Shown: one piece after another, positions 38,039-47,892 of the stretch
How the letters are laid out: every line of letters begins with the position of its first letter
Position numbering within the stretch: the stretch's first letter is position 1
Sequence record: SRR20825006_1239
Strand: one strand, 5' to 3'
Length of the DNA: 48,114 nt
Program-made: the position numbers and the translations under genes
The notes under the pieces: model-generated
Seen by the model: the letters and a program-made list of their open reading frames with translations, nothing else
The model's database searches: none
What the model was told of the DNA's origin: nothing

Positions 38039-40237
38039 TCACTTCACTGGCCGAACGAGGACTTGCAATTTCTTGCTCGCGTATTGAGCCGCGTTGCTGG
38101 TGAAGGTCCAGTCTTTGTGCTCGCCAGAGTGGTTGCCAATTCCTAGGTCAGCGCCCGAGCCTTGTTTCCAATGGTTGATGGCAAAGACGGTTTGGCGTGC
38201 ATCCACATTGTGAACTTGCATGCACCCATAACCGTCCACTGGCATTCCGGGATCATCGCCAAAGTCGAAAGCGGTCCCGGATGCGCCCGGCACTTTGGCG
38301 GCGTTGTTAGGGCTGTAGTTGTGTGGCCAAAACTCGATTCTGCCGTTTTTGATTTCATTCCCCGACGACACGCTGTTGTCGCTGGCGTAGACGTTCATTG
38401 ATTCGACGGATTGTTGGAACTTTGCATTCGCATCAACGGTCGGAATGCCAATTTTCGCGATGTCGTCAGTGAATGCGTTCATGCTGACAAAGACTGACTT
38501 GACGTTGCCGCTGGCGTCTTCGAGAGACACCAAATAGGCAACTCGGTCGAACTCGGTGATGTCTTCATGTCGGTCGACGTCGTACTGGATCTTTGATCCT
38601 AGTTTGCTCAGATCCAACTCGTAGACCAATTCGTACTCTGCCGCGTCGGGAATCGTTTGAGCAAACTCAGGCACCTCGCCGGCTCGAAATGTAGAGAGCG
38701 GCAGCCCGGTTGCTCCGCGAAGGTTGGGTTCGGCAAGTTTGTCCCATCCAAATCGCATCGCGGTCGGTTGCTGGACTTTGGGGGAAGACAAAACGATTTC
38801 ATTGCCTTCGATCTTGGCGTTCGCTGTTTGGAATCCGCCTGAGTCAGGACCAATGATCTCGAACCAATCGGGCGACTCACCATCGCTGGTTTTTAGGTTG
38901 CCTCCGGTGTGTTTGAACCGAAGCCGCAGTTGGCCGTCCTCCGTTTGCATGGAGTCCAATACGGGGCTGTGAGCGATCAAGTCGGTTTTTCCGTAATCGT
39001 GATGTAGCGCCAGATCGGCCAAACGCTTGCCCACGTCTTGTTTGTTCGGCGGGTGGATGTCATTGACGGTCGCGATGTCATTGGTGACGACCATACCTGT
39101 ATTTGGAATCGCTAAAGCTGCCGTTTGTGCTTCCCAGAATTTGGCCAAGACTGAGCCGGATTCATCGCCGTAGTGATAAGGTGCGATCTGTACGAAGTAG
39201 AAAGGGAATGGCCCTTGGTTCCATTTCGCTCGCCAACCTTCGATCAATGCTCGCATCTTGGCGGTGTAGAGCATGCCTTCACGGTGATTGGCTTCGCCTT
39301 GGTACCAAATCGCACCTCGGATAGGCATGTGGATCAACGGATGAATCATGCCGTTGTAAAGCGTGGTTGGCTGTCCATGTGATGTGAATGGAGTCAGCGA
39401 ACTTGGGTATGCCGGAGCTGGTTCGATGAACGTGTTATTGGCCAATGCTGCTTCGGCTTTTGCGACCCAGGCTTTGGTCGATTGCAAGTGACCTCGAAGT
39501 GCGGACTCAAAGGGTTCTGACCCGGGAGTTCGTTGTGTAACCGATTCGGAGATGTCTTTCAATTCTTCGACTCCTTCGAACCCAACCGGTGGCGTCCATG
39601 GTTCGATACGAGTCCCGCCCCACGATGAATTGACCAATCCGATCGGCACATTCAATTCTTGATGCAGCCGCCGAGCCATAAAGTATCCAGCGGCGGTGAA
39701 TTGCCCCACGGTCTCAGGTGAGCAGACTTGCCAAGGTGCAGGAACGTCATCCATGGCAACCGGCGAAGGAACTCGCGGAACCTTCATGTGTCGGATCTGA
39801 GGGAAGTTGGCGGAGGCGATTTCCTCTGCCGCGTTGACGCTGGACTGGACTCGCCACTCCATGTTGGATTGACCCGAACACAACCAAACTTCGCCGACCA
39901 AAATGTCAGTCAGCTGAACTTCGTTTTTGCCCTTTACTTTGATCGCAACCGGATCGGCACTGGCGGAGCGGGCGGGAAGCTCAACCATCCAGTTTCCCTG
40001 GTCGTCCGCTGTCGCGGTGGCTCGATCGTCTTCGATGGATACCTCGATGTTCTCCGATGGTTCTGCCCACCCCCAGACTCGGATCGGCTTTTCTTGTTGA
40101 AGGACCATGTGATCGGTGAAGAAGCCAGGCAACTTCACATCACCATGAGCAAGAAGTGGATGCAAAACGCTCGCGAAAAAGGAAAACGCGATGGCCGCAA
40201 ATAGCGAACTTCTGGAACGCGAACCGAGTTGTGTCAT
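38039..40237 (-). CDS. Exported sialate O-acetylesterase (SASA/DUF303) family protein with an extra C-terminal domain
   Basis: Signal peptide; HMVLQ, GEVWLCSGQSNME, SWGGT-IE-W, LYNGMIHP, WYQGEAN, DIHP-NK; about 200 aa of additional C-terminal sequence. Confidence 0.9.
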   Translation of the reverse strand: MTQLGSRSRSSLFAAIAFSFFASVLHPLLAHGDVKLPGFFTDHMVLQQEKPIRVWGWAEPSENIEVSIEDDRATATADDQGNWMVELPARSASADPVAIKVKGKNEVQLTDILVGEVWLCSGQSNMEWRVQSSVNAAEEIASANFPQIRHMKVPRVPSPVAMDDVPAPWQVCSPETVGQFTAAGYFMARRLHQELNVPIGLVNSSWGGTRIEPWTPPVGFEGVEELKDISESVTQRTPGSEPFESALRGHLQSTKAWVAKAEAALANNTFIEPAPAYPSSLTPFTSHGQPTTLYNGMIHPLIHMPIRGAIWYQGEANHREGMLYTAKMRALIEGWRAKWNQGPFPFYFVQIAPYHYGDESGSVLAKFWEAQTAALAIPNTGMVVTNDIATVNDIHPPNKQDVGKRLADLALHHDYGKTDLIAHSPVLDSMQTEDGQLRLRFKHTGGNLKTSDGESPDWFEIIGPDSGGFQTANAKIEGNEIVLSSPKVQQPTAMRFGWDKLAEPNLRGATGLPLSTFRAGEVPEFAQTIPDAAEYELVYELDLSKLGSKIQYDVDRHEDITEFDRVAYLVSLEDASGNVKSVFVSMNAFTDDIAKIGIPTVDANAKFQQSVESMNVYASDNSVSSGNEIKNGRIEFWPHNYSPNNAAKVPGASGTAFDFGDDPGMPVDGYGCMQVHNVDARQTVFAINHWKQGSGADLGIGNHSGEHKDWTFTSNAAQYASKKLQVLVRPVK

Positions 40238-40276
40238 GGTGAGAAACTTTGGTGGGAAGGGGGGAGGGAAAGCAGA

Positions 40277-41137
40277 TCAACGTTCTGCGGGGAGATCGGG
40301 TTGTTGCCACGTGCTCATGCCGCCGTCAACCAGCAGCGTTTGTCCGTGAACGTGCTGGGCAACGTCACTGAGCAAAAAGATCGCTGCTCCAACACAGGCG
40401 TCTGGTGAAGGGATCTGGCCATTGGGGGTGTGCAGTTGCATCCATGATTCAATGGATGCGACGTGGTTGACGACATCGGTCAGACGAGTGCGAACGAGAC
40501 CGGGGGCCATTGAGTTGACACGAATGCCATGTGGAGCCAACGAGACGCAAAGCGAACGAACCATCGAAGCCACAGCACCTTTTGAGGTGTCGTAGGCAGT
40601 GTGGTCGGGTTCGGCCAAGAAGCCATTGATCGAACCGGTGAACAGAACGCGACCGGCGACTTGATTTTGCACCCAACGTTTCGCAAAGGCTTGCGTCAGA
40701 AAGTACCCCGCCCCAACGTTCAAGTTCATCGTGGTTTGATATCGGTCGGGAGTCATTTCCAAAAACGGGACGTCGATGAACGTTCCCGCGTTGTTGACCA
40801 ATGTGTCGACGCCCGGCATCACCCGATCGATCTGGGCTAGCAGATCATCGATCCATGTTTCGGCTGGCTTTGACAAATCGCAGAGTATCAACTCGGCGGT
40901 TCGGCCGTTTTCTCGGCAACTGACCAGTGTCGCTTCGGTCGCGGGGTCGCGTTCCAAACCAATCAAGACCACATCCGCGCCAACGCTGGTTAGTCCACGG
41001 GCGATCGCACCGCCGACACCTTGCGTGCCGCCAGTGACAACGACGCGGCGTCCATCCAAACGAAATCCATTTGGATGAAACGCCGCTGCGGCAGATTCCG
41101 GCGAAGAGTCACCGGGGAATGCATCTGGCGAGTTCAA
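40277..41137 (-). CDS. Short-chain dehydrogenase/reductase (SDR)
   Basis: TGGTQGVG, NNAG, GS, YDTSK (YxxxK), RVNSMAPG, GQTLLVDGG; TTG start overlaps the upstream TGA. Confidence 0.92.
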   Translation of the reverse strand: MNSPDAFPGDSSPESAAAAFHPNGFRLDGRRVVVTGGTQGVGGAIARGLTSVGADVVLIGLERDPATEATLVSCRENGRTAELILCDLSKPAETWIDDLLAQIDRVMPGVDTLVNNAGTFIDVPFLEMTPDRYQTTMNLNVGAGYFLTQAFAKRWVQNQVAGRVLFTGSINGFLAEPDHTAYDTSKGAVASMVRSLCVSLAPHGIRVNSMAPGLVRTRLTDVVNHVASIESWMQLHTPNGQIPSPDACVGAAIFLLSDVAQHVHGQTLLVDGGMSTWQQPDLPAER

Positions 41138-42222
41138 AGTGACGGTTTGGTTTCTGAGTAATCAGCGAAGTGCTGTTCCGTTTTTTCGCGATCAAAGCCG
41201 CCGTCGTGCAACACGATGCGGAAGTGAAGATCTAAGTGTTCTCCCTCGGCGATTTTGACCCCTTCGTATTCTGGTTGCCCAAAGTGATGGCGTCCAAATG
41301 GGTTGGCCGCGAACAAACCGTAGGTGCGAACGTGCCAGTAGCATTCGGGACGCGAATTGTCTGGATGATAAAACATCGTGATGCCCGCGGTTGGCCAATC
41401 GGATGGCTCGTCCGAATCGGCTTGTTGAATCGGGCCGCTGTAATCAACCCAGGAAGACTTCTTTCCCCACGCGGCGCCGTCTTTCAAGCCTTCCGCGTTC
41501 TGTCCGGTGCCACCAAGTTTCGCATCGACTTTTATTGTGCCCGCCACTCGGACTCCCAGCGTGCCTTCCTTGGTATCTCCAAAGACAACGTCGCCATCGG
41601 TTGCCATCAAACGCACGTCCAAGTCGATGACGGTATCGCCATGCGATTCGGAAAACGTCCAACGTCGTTGGTCACTCAAGACGCGGTTGCCGTCGGGGTC
41701 ATTCCAATCGTTTTTCGTGGTCAACGTCACGCTGTTTTTGTTTTCGTCTTTTGAGAGTGAAGTTTGTACGACGTAACCGGTGTGCGGAGTCGGTTTGTCC
41801 AACCAGAAGTCGAACTCGTTGACGATTCCGTGTGTGAACCACAGCGAACGGTGGTGATGGTGATCGTCCTTTTCGTACTTCCCCTTTTCCTTCATTGGGT
41901 AGTCGCGGGTCAGCGGTTGTCCTGAAGGCGAATGCAACGGATAGAGGCCGGGCGTGCCTAGGAGGTTGGAGTGGTGACGTGCGATCAATTTTCCACCCCG
42001 ATAAATTTCAACATCCTGTTGTTTCGAATCCTTACCATCAGACGCGACGGTTTTGGTTGTCCACGTGCCAGTGGCGTCGGCGGTTGCTGCCGAAGGGGGC
42101 GCGGCAGAAACGGCCTGAGCGATCGACAACGCTGCGACGGCGACGCAGGCATGTTGAGTCAGTGGCCGAAGGAACCGGCGAAAACGCAGAGGATTCATCA
42201 AGGTGGGTCCGTTTGGGTTCAT
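41134..42222 (-). CDS. Exported DUF6807 / 'PmoA family' (PF14100-type) protein; not a methane monooxygenase
   Basis: Signal peptide; YPLHSPSG, DHHHHRSLWF-HG, FGDTKEG-LGVRVA, WGK---WVDYSG, WHVRTYGLFAANPFG. Start 42222 or 42198. Confidence 0.8.
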   Translation of the reverse strand: MNPNGPTLMNPLRFRRFLRPLTQHACVAVAALSIAQAVSAAPPSAATADATGTWTTKTVASDGKDSKQQDVEIYRGGKLIARHHSNLLGTPGLYPLHSPSGQPLTRDYPMKEKGKYEKDDHHHHRSLWFTHGIVNEFDFWLDKPTPHTGYVVQTSLSKDENKNSVTLTTKNDWNDPDGNRVLSDQRRWTFSESHGDTVIDLDVRLMATDGDVVFGDTKEGTLGVRVAGTIKVDAKLGGTGQNAEGLKDGAAWGKKSSWVDYSGPIQQADSDEPSDWPTAGITMFYHPDNSRPECYWHVRTYGLFAANPFGRHHFGQPEYEGVKIAEGEHLDLHFRIVLHDGGFDREKTEQHFADYSETKPSL

Positions 42223-42478
42223 AGTCAGTGGGAATGCGTTTGAATAAGTGGCGGCAATCGTTGTCCGAAGTGCCGGCGACGCCAATGGCACCGGAGGCTT
42301 TTCGAGATCGCTGTGCAACCGGTCGTTGCAAAGGTGGGATTGGGAGGGGGGGAGCGAAAATCAGCGAGCAAACTGAGCGTCTGATTGGCCGGTTGCTCGC
42401 AGGTCGGTGGATTATGATAGAGGGGGACGAAGCACGATGCCATCTTTTCTGATTTCTGTTTTTTTCGGAGTGGACACG

Positions 42479-44434
42479 ATGTGTCACCGAGGCGGTTCGA
42501 AGTGTCTGATCTGGGTAGTGTTTTTCCTCGTTTGCGTTGGCGGACCCAATGCGGACGCCCAACGAGCGAACCAGAGAAACGTCAAAAAGCCAAACACGCA
42601 GACGAAGATTCGGCTTCCAGAAAGCGTTCGCACGAAGAAGCCGGTGGACATGGACGTCGCTCCCGTCCGGCAATCCAGCCGCGATGAGATTCGCTACGCG
42701 GCAAACGAACTGGACACCTTCATCGAGCGAGAATTGCTGGCCGAAGGAATCGCTCCCGAAGAATTGGCCAGCGACGAAGTCTTTCTGCGTCGGATCTATC
42801 TGGACGTCGCTGGTCGCATTCCAACTTTGCAAGAAGCGGAACAGTTCCTCTCCTCGAAATCCAGTGATCGTCGGGAGGAGCTGATCGATCAATTGCTTTC
42901 CAGCCCGGACTATGTCAGTCACACGTACAACTGGTGGGCGGACACGCTGCGTTTGGTGGATCGTCCTCAGCCCAACTTGGTAGCGGATCCTTACAATGGA
43001 TACATCAAGGAATCGATCGCCGAGAACAAATCGTACGACAAATGGGTGTACGAGATGCTGACGGCTGACGGCAAAGTCTGGGACAACCCAGCCGTCGGTT
43101 TCCAGTTGCGTGACGATGGAATGCCGCTGCCATACATCGACAACACGGTACGAGTTTTTCTGGGGACTCAAATCGGATGCGCACAGTGTCACGATCACCC
43201 ATTCGATGAGTGGTCGCAGTACCAGTTCTATCAATTGGCTGCTTTCACCGCCGGGACCAGCACGCGGATGCGGAAAGGCGATCCCGGCTATGAAAAGACG
43301 AACCCTGCGAACGATCTCATCAACGAAGGAAAGAAGCGATACGAAAAGGGGCGAGTGCCCGGTGAGTTTCAACGCATCGCGCGAGCAAACACTTACATCG
43401 TCAGTGAGCGACCTCGGCGTTTGCGTTTGCCTCACGACTACGCCTATCGCGACGCCAAGCCAAAGGATTTCGTCGAGCCAAAGGTGCTTTGGGGAGAGAT
43501 CCCATCGTCCGCTGCCAAATCCACCCCGCGCGAGCAATTTGCCGCCTGGGTAACCAGCCCCGAAAATCCTCGGTTCAGCCAAACGGTTGTGAACCGCCTT
43601 TGGAAGCGTCTGATGGGAGTTGGCTTCGTCGATCCCGTGGATGACTTTCGGGATGAGAATCCATGCGTCAACGAAGCCGCGATGGATTACTTGTGTAAAG
43701 AGTTGGTTCGCCGCGGTTTTGATCTGAAAGAATTGACACGCATTGTGCTGTATAGCCAAACCTATCAACGCAAAGCAGTCGATTATGACATCACCGATGG
43801 GGACCTGTACTACTTCCCCGGACCCACCGTTCGGCGGATGACTGCCGAACAGGTTTGGGACTCAATCTTGACACTAGCGGTCGACAACCCATGGCCGTTC
43901 CAACGTCCAACGGCCAAGGAGATGAAGCCCGTGATGGACCTGGATTTCTCCAAAGTCGATTTTGAGGAGGTCCAGCGACGATCTGCAAAATTCAAGGAAA
44001 CCTATTTTGCATCCACCTACAAACGGAATCTCAATCAACACGCCTATCAACGCAACGTGTTGTGCCGTGCGAGCGAATTGCCAGCACCATTGCCTGCGGA
44101 TCACTTTCTGCGTCAGTTCGGACAGGGCGACCGAGAGGTCATCAATGGTTCTCAAGACGAAGCCACCGTGCCGCAGATCTTGGCCATGTTCAACGGACCA
44201 ATCACTCACGTGATGCTGGAGCCCGGTTCGGCGTTGGTTGACAATGTGTTGGAAGTGAACAACGTCAAGAAACGGATCGACGCCATCTTCTTAAGCGTTC
44301 TAACTCGCAAACCATCGACGGAAGATCGCATTCTCGCTTCTCGCGAATTGTCCAGTCAGAACCAGACCGGTGTCGGCTACGGAAACATCATTTGGGCATT
44401 GCTCAATACTCGAGAATTCCTGTTCGTCCAGTGA
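42479..44434 (+). CDS. DUF1549/DUF1553 (PSD1-type) planctomycete protein
   Basis: DEVFLRRIYLDVAGRIPT, LIDQLL-S, FLGTQIGCAQCHDHPF, NPRF---VVNRLW--LMG, RRMTAEQ-WDS, WALLNTREFLF. Confidence 0.9.
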   Translation: MCHRGGSKCLIWVVFFLVCVGGPNADAQRANQRNVKKPNTQTKIRLPESVRTKKPVDMDVAPVRQSSRDEIRYAANELDTFIERELLAEGIAPEELASDEVFLRRIYLDVAGRIPTLQEAEQFLSSKSSDRREELIDQLLSSPDYVSHTYNWWADTLRLVDRPQPNLVADPYNGYIKESIAENKSYDKWVYEMLTADGKVWDNPAVGFQLRDDGMPLPYIDNTVRVFLGTQIGCAQCHDHPFDEWSQYQFYQLAAFTAGTSTRMRKGDPGYEKTNPANDLINEGKKRYEKGRVPGEFQRIARANTYIVSERPRRLRLPHDYAYRDAKPKDFVEPKVLWGEIPSSAAKSTPREQFAAWVTSPENPRFSQTVVNRLWKRLMGVGFVDPVDDFRDENPCVNEAAMDYLCKELVRRGFDLKELTRIVLYSQTYQRKAVDYDITDGDLYYFPGPTVRRMTAEQVWDSILTLAVDNPWPFQRPTAKEMKPVMDLDFSKVDFEEVQRRSAKFKETYFASTYKRNLNQHAYQRNVLCRASELPAPLPADHFLRQFGQGDREVINGSQDEATVPQILAMFNGPITHVMLEPGSALVDNVLEVNNVKKRIDAIFLSVLTRKPSTEDRILASRELSSQNQTGVGYGNIIWALLNTREFLFVQ

Positions 44435-44520
44435 CACGACCTGGCACCAATTGATGTTTCTTTTCAACCCTCATCCCACTCATCGCCTGCGTTGCGGTTC
44501 AGCCCCCACGAGATCGAATC

Positions 44521-45828
44521 ATGGCCGGAATTGAATTCACCCTGGAAGATCGACGACGATTCATTAAGCGATTGGCAAAGCAAACGCTCGGCGTGTCGTT
44601 CGCCGGTGGCATGCTAGGTGGACCTTGGTGGGATGAGTTGTCGCCTCAGAGCCGAGCGCACGCGGCGACTGCATCCGCCAAAAAGGCCAAACACATCATC
44701 TATCTGTTCATGGATGGTGCGATGTCGCACTTGGATACCTTTGACCCGAAAGAAGGCGTGGAAGAGGCGGGGGAAACCAAGCCGATCTCAACGCGAGTCC
44801 CCGGCATTCAGTTTGGCGACCGATTTCCAAAGCTGTCGTATCTGGCGGGCGCAATTGCGACCGTTCGATCCTTGTCGACAGAAACTGGGGCTCACGAACA
44901 GGGCCGGTATCTGATGCGGACAGCTTACAAACAGATCAATTCCATTCAGCATCCTGGCATGGGGGCATGGATGGTGGATCGACAAGGTCGGGCAAACAAA
45001 GAATTGCCAGGTAATTTCCTAATCGGTAGCGGCAACCGGCATCCAGGTGCGGGCTTTTTACCGCCGGCACTCTCGCCCGTTCCGATTGCGAATGCAAACT
45101 CCGGTTTGCAAAACATCAAGTTGCCGAAGTATCTGGATGAGAAACTGTTTTATCGACGTTTGGCTTTGGCGAACCGGTTCGATAAATCATTCCAATCACA
45201 GCGGGATAACAACGACGTCGAAGCCTACAATCAGCTCTACCTGGAGACTCGCAAGCTCATGGGTAGCGAGCATTTGAAGGTTTTTGATCTGAACGAAGAA
45301 GACGCAAAAATTCGCGACGCCTACGGACGCAATTCATTTGGCCAAGGCTGCTTGCTCGCGCGTCGTTTGGTGGAATCAGGAGCTCGGTTCGTCGAGGTTA
45401 ATTTCGGCGGATGGGACATGCACCAAGACCTCTATTCGCGTCTGGACGAGAAGGCGACTCAGGTCGATGACGGCATGGGCTTCTTGCTTCGCGACCTTCA
45501 TTCGAAGGGATTGCTGGATGAAACGCTTGTGGTTTTGACGACCGAATTCGGCCGCAAGCCGAAGCTGAATGCGAACGCGGGTCGTGATCACCACCCAGGA
45601 GTGTTCTGCAGTTTGTTGGCGGGTGCCGGGATCAAGGGTGGGCAAGTCCTGGGAGCGTCGGACAAGCATGGCGGTTATGTCGACGAGTACCCGGTCAGCG
45701 TTTCGTCGTTCAACAAGACAATCGCTGCGGCAGCTGGATTGCCCTTGGATGAGGAGTTCTTCGCGCCTAACGGACGGCCCTTTAAGATCGGGGGCGACGA
45801 CGATCCCATCCCCGAACTTCTTGCCTGA
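44521..45828 (+). CDS. Tat-exported DUF1501 domain protein
   Basis: RRRFIK Tat motif; IYLFM-GAMSH-DTFDPK, YG---FGQGCLLARRLVESGARFVEV, GGWD-H, EFGR-P, GRDH. Confidence 0.92.
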   Translation: MAGIEFTLEDRRRFIKRLAKQTLGVSFAGGMLGGPWWDELSPQSRAHAATASAKKAKHIIYLFMDGAMSHLDTFDPKEGVEEAGETKPISTRVPGIQFGDRFPKLSYLAGAIATVRSLSTETGAHEQGRYLMRTAYKQINSIQHPGMGAWMVDRQGRANKELPGNFLIGSGNRHPGAGFLPPALSPVPIANANSGLQNIKLPKYLDEKLFYRRLALANRFDKSFQSQRDNNDVEAYNQLYLETRKLMGSEHLKVFDLNEEDAKIRDAYGRNSFGQGCLLARRLVESGARFVEVNFGGWDMHQDLYSRLDEKATQVDDGMGFLLRDLHSKGLLDETLVVLTTEFGRKPKLNANAGRDHHPGVFCSLLAGAGIKGGQVLGASDKHGGYVDEYPVSVSSFNKTIAAAAGLPLDEEFFAPNGRPFKIGGDDDPIPELLA

Positions 45829-45840
45829 TGTTAGCTACCC

Positions 45841-46893
45841 TTGTCAGAATCAGCCCAGTTGGTCTCGCATCGTCGTGCTGTTCTGGCGTTGGTCGTCGTC
45901 AACGTTTTGTGGGGATCTTCGTTCCCATTCATGAAGGCGTTGAACCTTCTCGCTGACGAACACTTCGGTGTGGATGAGCACACGGCCTCTGGAGCTTTCC
46001 GGGCCGCGGCGTCCGCGTGGATGATTGGCTTGCGATTCACGTTGGCATTCGCAATGTTTGCGATCTGTTGCCAGGGCGTGATGAGGCGAGTCCGCTGGTC
46101 ACACTTCCTGGCCGGAATCGCAATCGGGTGTTTGTTCGTCGTCGGCATGGTGTTGCAGGTGTCCGGACTGTCTACCATTCCCGCGTCTCGCAGTGGGTTC
46201 CTGACCAGCCTCGCTGTGGTTTGGACACCCATTCTTGCGACGCTCTTTGAAAAACAACGACCACGACCAATTGTTCTGATCGCCGCAGGAGTTTCCCTGT
46301 TTGGTGTGGCGATCCTGACTGGATTGCTGCAGTGGAACGACGGCGGCTTGAGTTTTGCACGCGATGGACTCGGGCAATGGAAAACCGGTGACACGCTCAC
46401 CCTGCTGGCTGTGCTGTTCTTCAGCGGCCAGATCGTTGCTGTCGACTGGTTTGGCAAGCGGTTAGATTCGCTTGCGTTCACACCTTCCATGTTTGGAACA
46501 ACCGCCGTGTCAGCGCTGCTGTTCTTTGCGCTGATTCAGCCCAGCATCCCAGAGATTACGGCAAGTGATGCAGCAAGCTCTGGTTGGTACGCATTGACGA
46601 TCCAACCCAGGTTTTATGTGCTGATCGTGTTGCTTTCGATCTTCCCGTCTCTGGTGGCATTCTCGCTGATGAATCGGTTTCAACCCAGCGTGTCACCAAC
46701 GCAAGCATCGGTGCTCTACACCCTGGAACCACTGATGGCGTCCACCTGGGCCATGTTCATTCCTGGATTGCTCAGTGTTTGGTGTTCCGTGCAGTACGCA
46801 AATGAAACCTTGACCTTTGAACTCATACTCGGCGGAACCATCCTGATCCTCGCCAACTTGCTGGCACTTTGGCCAGCAAAGAAGGCGGAATGA
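45841..46893 (+). CDS. DMT (EamA-like) transporter
   Basis: About ten hydrophobic segments; WGSSF, RF, GL-TIPASRSGFL, GD-LTL, EPL. Confidence 0.85.
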   Translation: MSESAQLVSHRRAVLALVVVNVLWGSSFPFMKALNLLADEHFGVDEHTASGAFRAAASAWMIGLRFTLAFAMFAICCQGVMRRVRWSHFLAGIAIGCLFVVGMVLQVSGLSTIPASRSGFLTSLAVVWTPILATLFEKQRPRPIVLIAAGVSLFGVAILTGLLQWNDGGLSFARDGLGQWKTGDTLTLLAVLFFSGQIVAVDWFGKRLDSLAFTPSMFGTTAVSALLFFALIQPSIPEITASDAASSGWYALTIQPRFYVLIVLLSIFPSLVAFSLMNRFQPSVSPTQASVLYTLEPLMASTWAMFIPGLLSVWCSVQYANETLTFELILGGTILILANLLALWPAKKAE

Positions 46894-46944
46894 ATACGCA
46901 ATCCGTTTCGTAAACAGGACGGTCGAGCAACCGTCAATGAGCGT

Positions 46945-47316
46945 GTGCCCGTCCGCCACCGAAAATCTGGCAACTCCCCGTGCAAACACCGATCGCCCGA
47001 AGCGTTTCTGGCCGAACATGCAACTCGGATTTGTCACCAAGTCTCAATTGGATTTCATTTCATCAACTTTGGTGAAGTCTGCGACGACTATCGCCCTTTA
47101 AGTAGCCTTCCTGGCTGGCCAATACGCGACGAGGGTCGGTATGTTGGCCAAATCGGAGGTTGGGGTGAACTCGTTTGGATAGCGAACGGTCGCGTTGTTC
47201 ACATCCAGACCGCACTCGATTTTTCCGATGCATCTGAATTGGTTGCCTTCACACGTGCGGTTATCAGCGTCGACAAGGACGGTGAGGCATTGGTTGCAAC
47301 GGGGCGGCAGTGGTGA
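46945..47316 (+). CDS. Possible short hypothetical protein
   Basis: 123-codon ORF filling the gap in the same orientation as its neighbours; no recognisable motif; start uncertain. Confidence 0.35.
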   Translation: MPVRHRKSGNSPCKHRSPEAFLAEHATRICHQVSIGFHFINFGEVCDDYRPLSSLPGWPIRDEGRYVGQIGGWGELVWIANGRVVHIQTALDFSDASELVAFTRAVISVDKDGEALVATGRQW

Positions 47317-47382
47317 TCGTTTGGCAATGGCTGGGACGTTCCCGGCAGCCTGCAGAACGGTACCGTCCGCAGAATTGGATTG

Positions 47383-47892
47383 ATGATGGCTTTATCAACT
47401 GACGTAAGACTTCCGAAGCGAATTAAGCCGGTCTTTCCAGATCGCTGTGTGGTTTGTCATTGCCTGCCTACATCGACAGCAAAGATCAACACGAATGCAC
47501 AAAACCCGCTCGCGGTATTTTTGATGCCAATTCTTTATCTCTTTGGATGGTCGCGAGTTGAGTTCCCATTGTGCAGTGCCTGCAAACCCCGATTCTTTTT
47601 TCAACGTTGGGGGCGGACTGTTGTGTGTTGGCTCGTTGTTGGGGTTGCGGTATTCGCCGCAATGCCGCATTTCGACGAATGGAATCGGCTGACACGCAAG
47701 TTTGCCGTTGGAGGATTGGCGTTGATTGCTTTGGTGCCCTACATCGCTTTTGAGCTCTTCGTCCCGAGATCGTTCGATGTGACATCCGGAAGCGCATCTA
47801 CTGATTATGAGTTCGCGTCGGAAGAGTATGCAGTTGAATTCTTTGCCTTGAATAAAGCCGAAAACCCTTCCGCCAAAATCGAGATTCGGTGA
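47383..47892 (+). CDS. Hypothetical membrane protein with two CxxC motifs
   Basis: FPDRCVVC and PLCSAC, three hydrophobic segments, C-terminal YEFASEEYAVEFFALN. Confidence 0.7.
   Translation: MMALSTDVRLPKRIKPVFPDRCVVCHCLPTSTAKINTNAQNPLAVFLMPILYLFGWSRVEFPLCSACKPRFFFQRWGRTVVCWLVVGVAVFAAMPHFDEWNRLTRKFAVGGLALIALVPYIAFELFVPRSFDVTSGSASTDYEFASEEYAVEFFALNKAENPSAKIEIR

Noticed and set aside
40251-40270. G-rich tract as a G-quadruplex
   Set aside because: Only three full G3 runs; better explained as the complement of a pyrimidine-rich leader of the esterase gene.
41134-42222. Methane monooxygenase subunit PmoA
   Set aside because: Soluble exported protein with no multi-TM topology, and no pmoB or pmoC; only the family nickname is shared.
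42038-43768. 576-aa ORF on the minus strand
   Set aside because: Antisense shadow of the well-supported DUF1549/DUF1553 gene; no motifs of its own.
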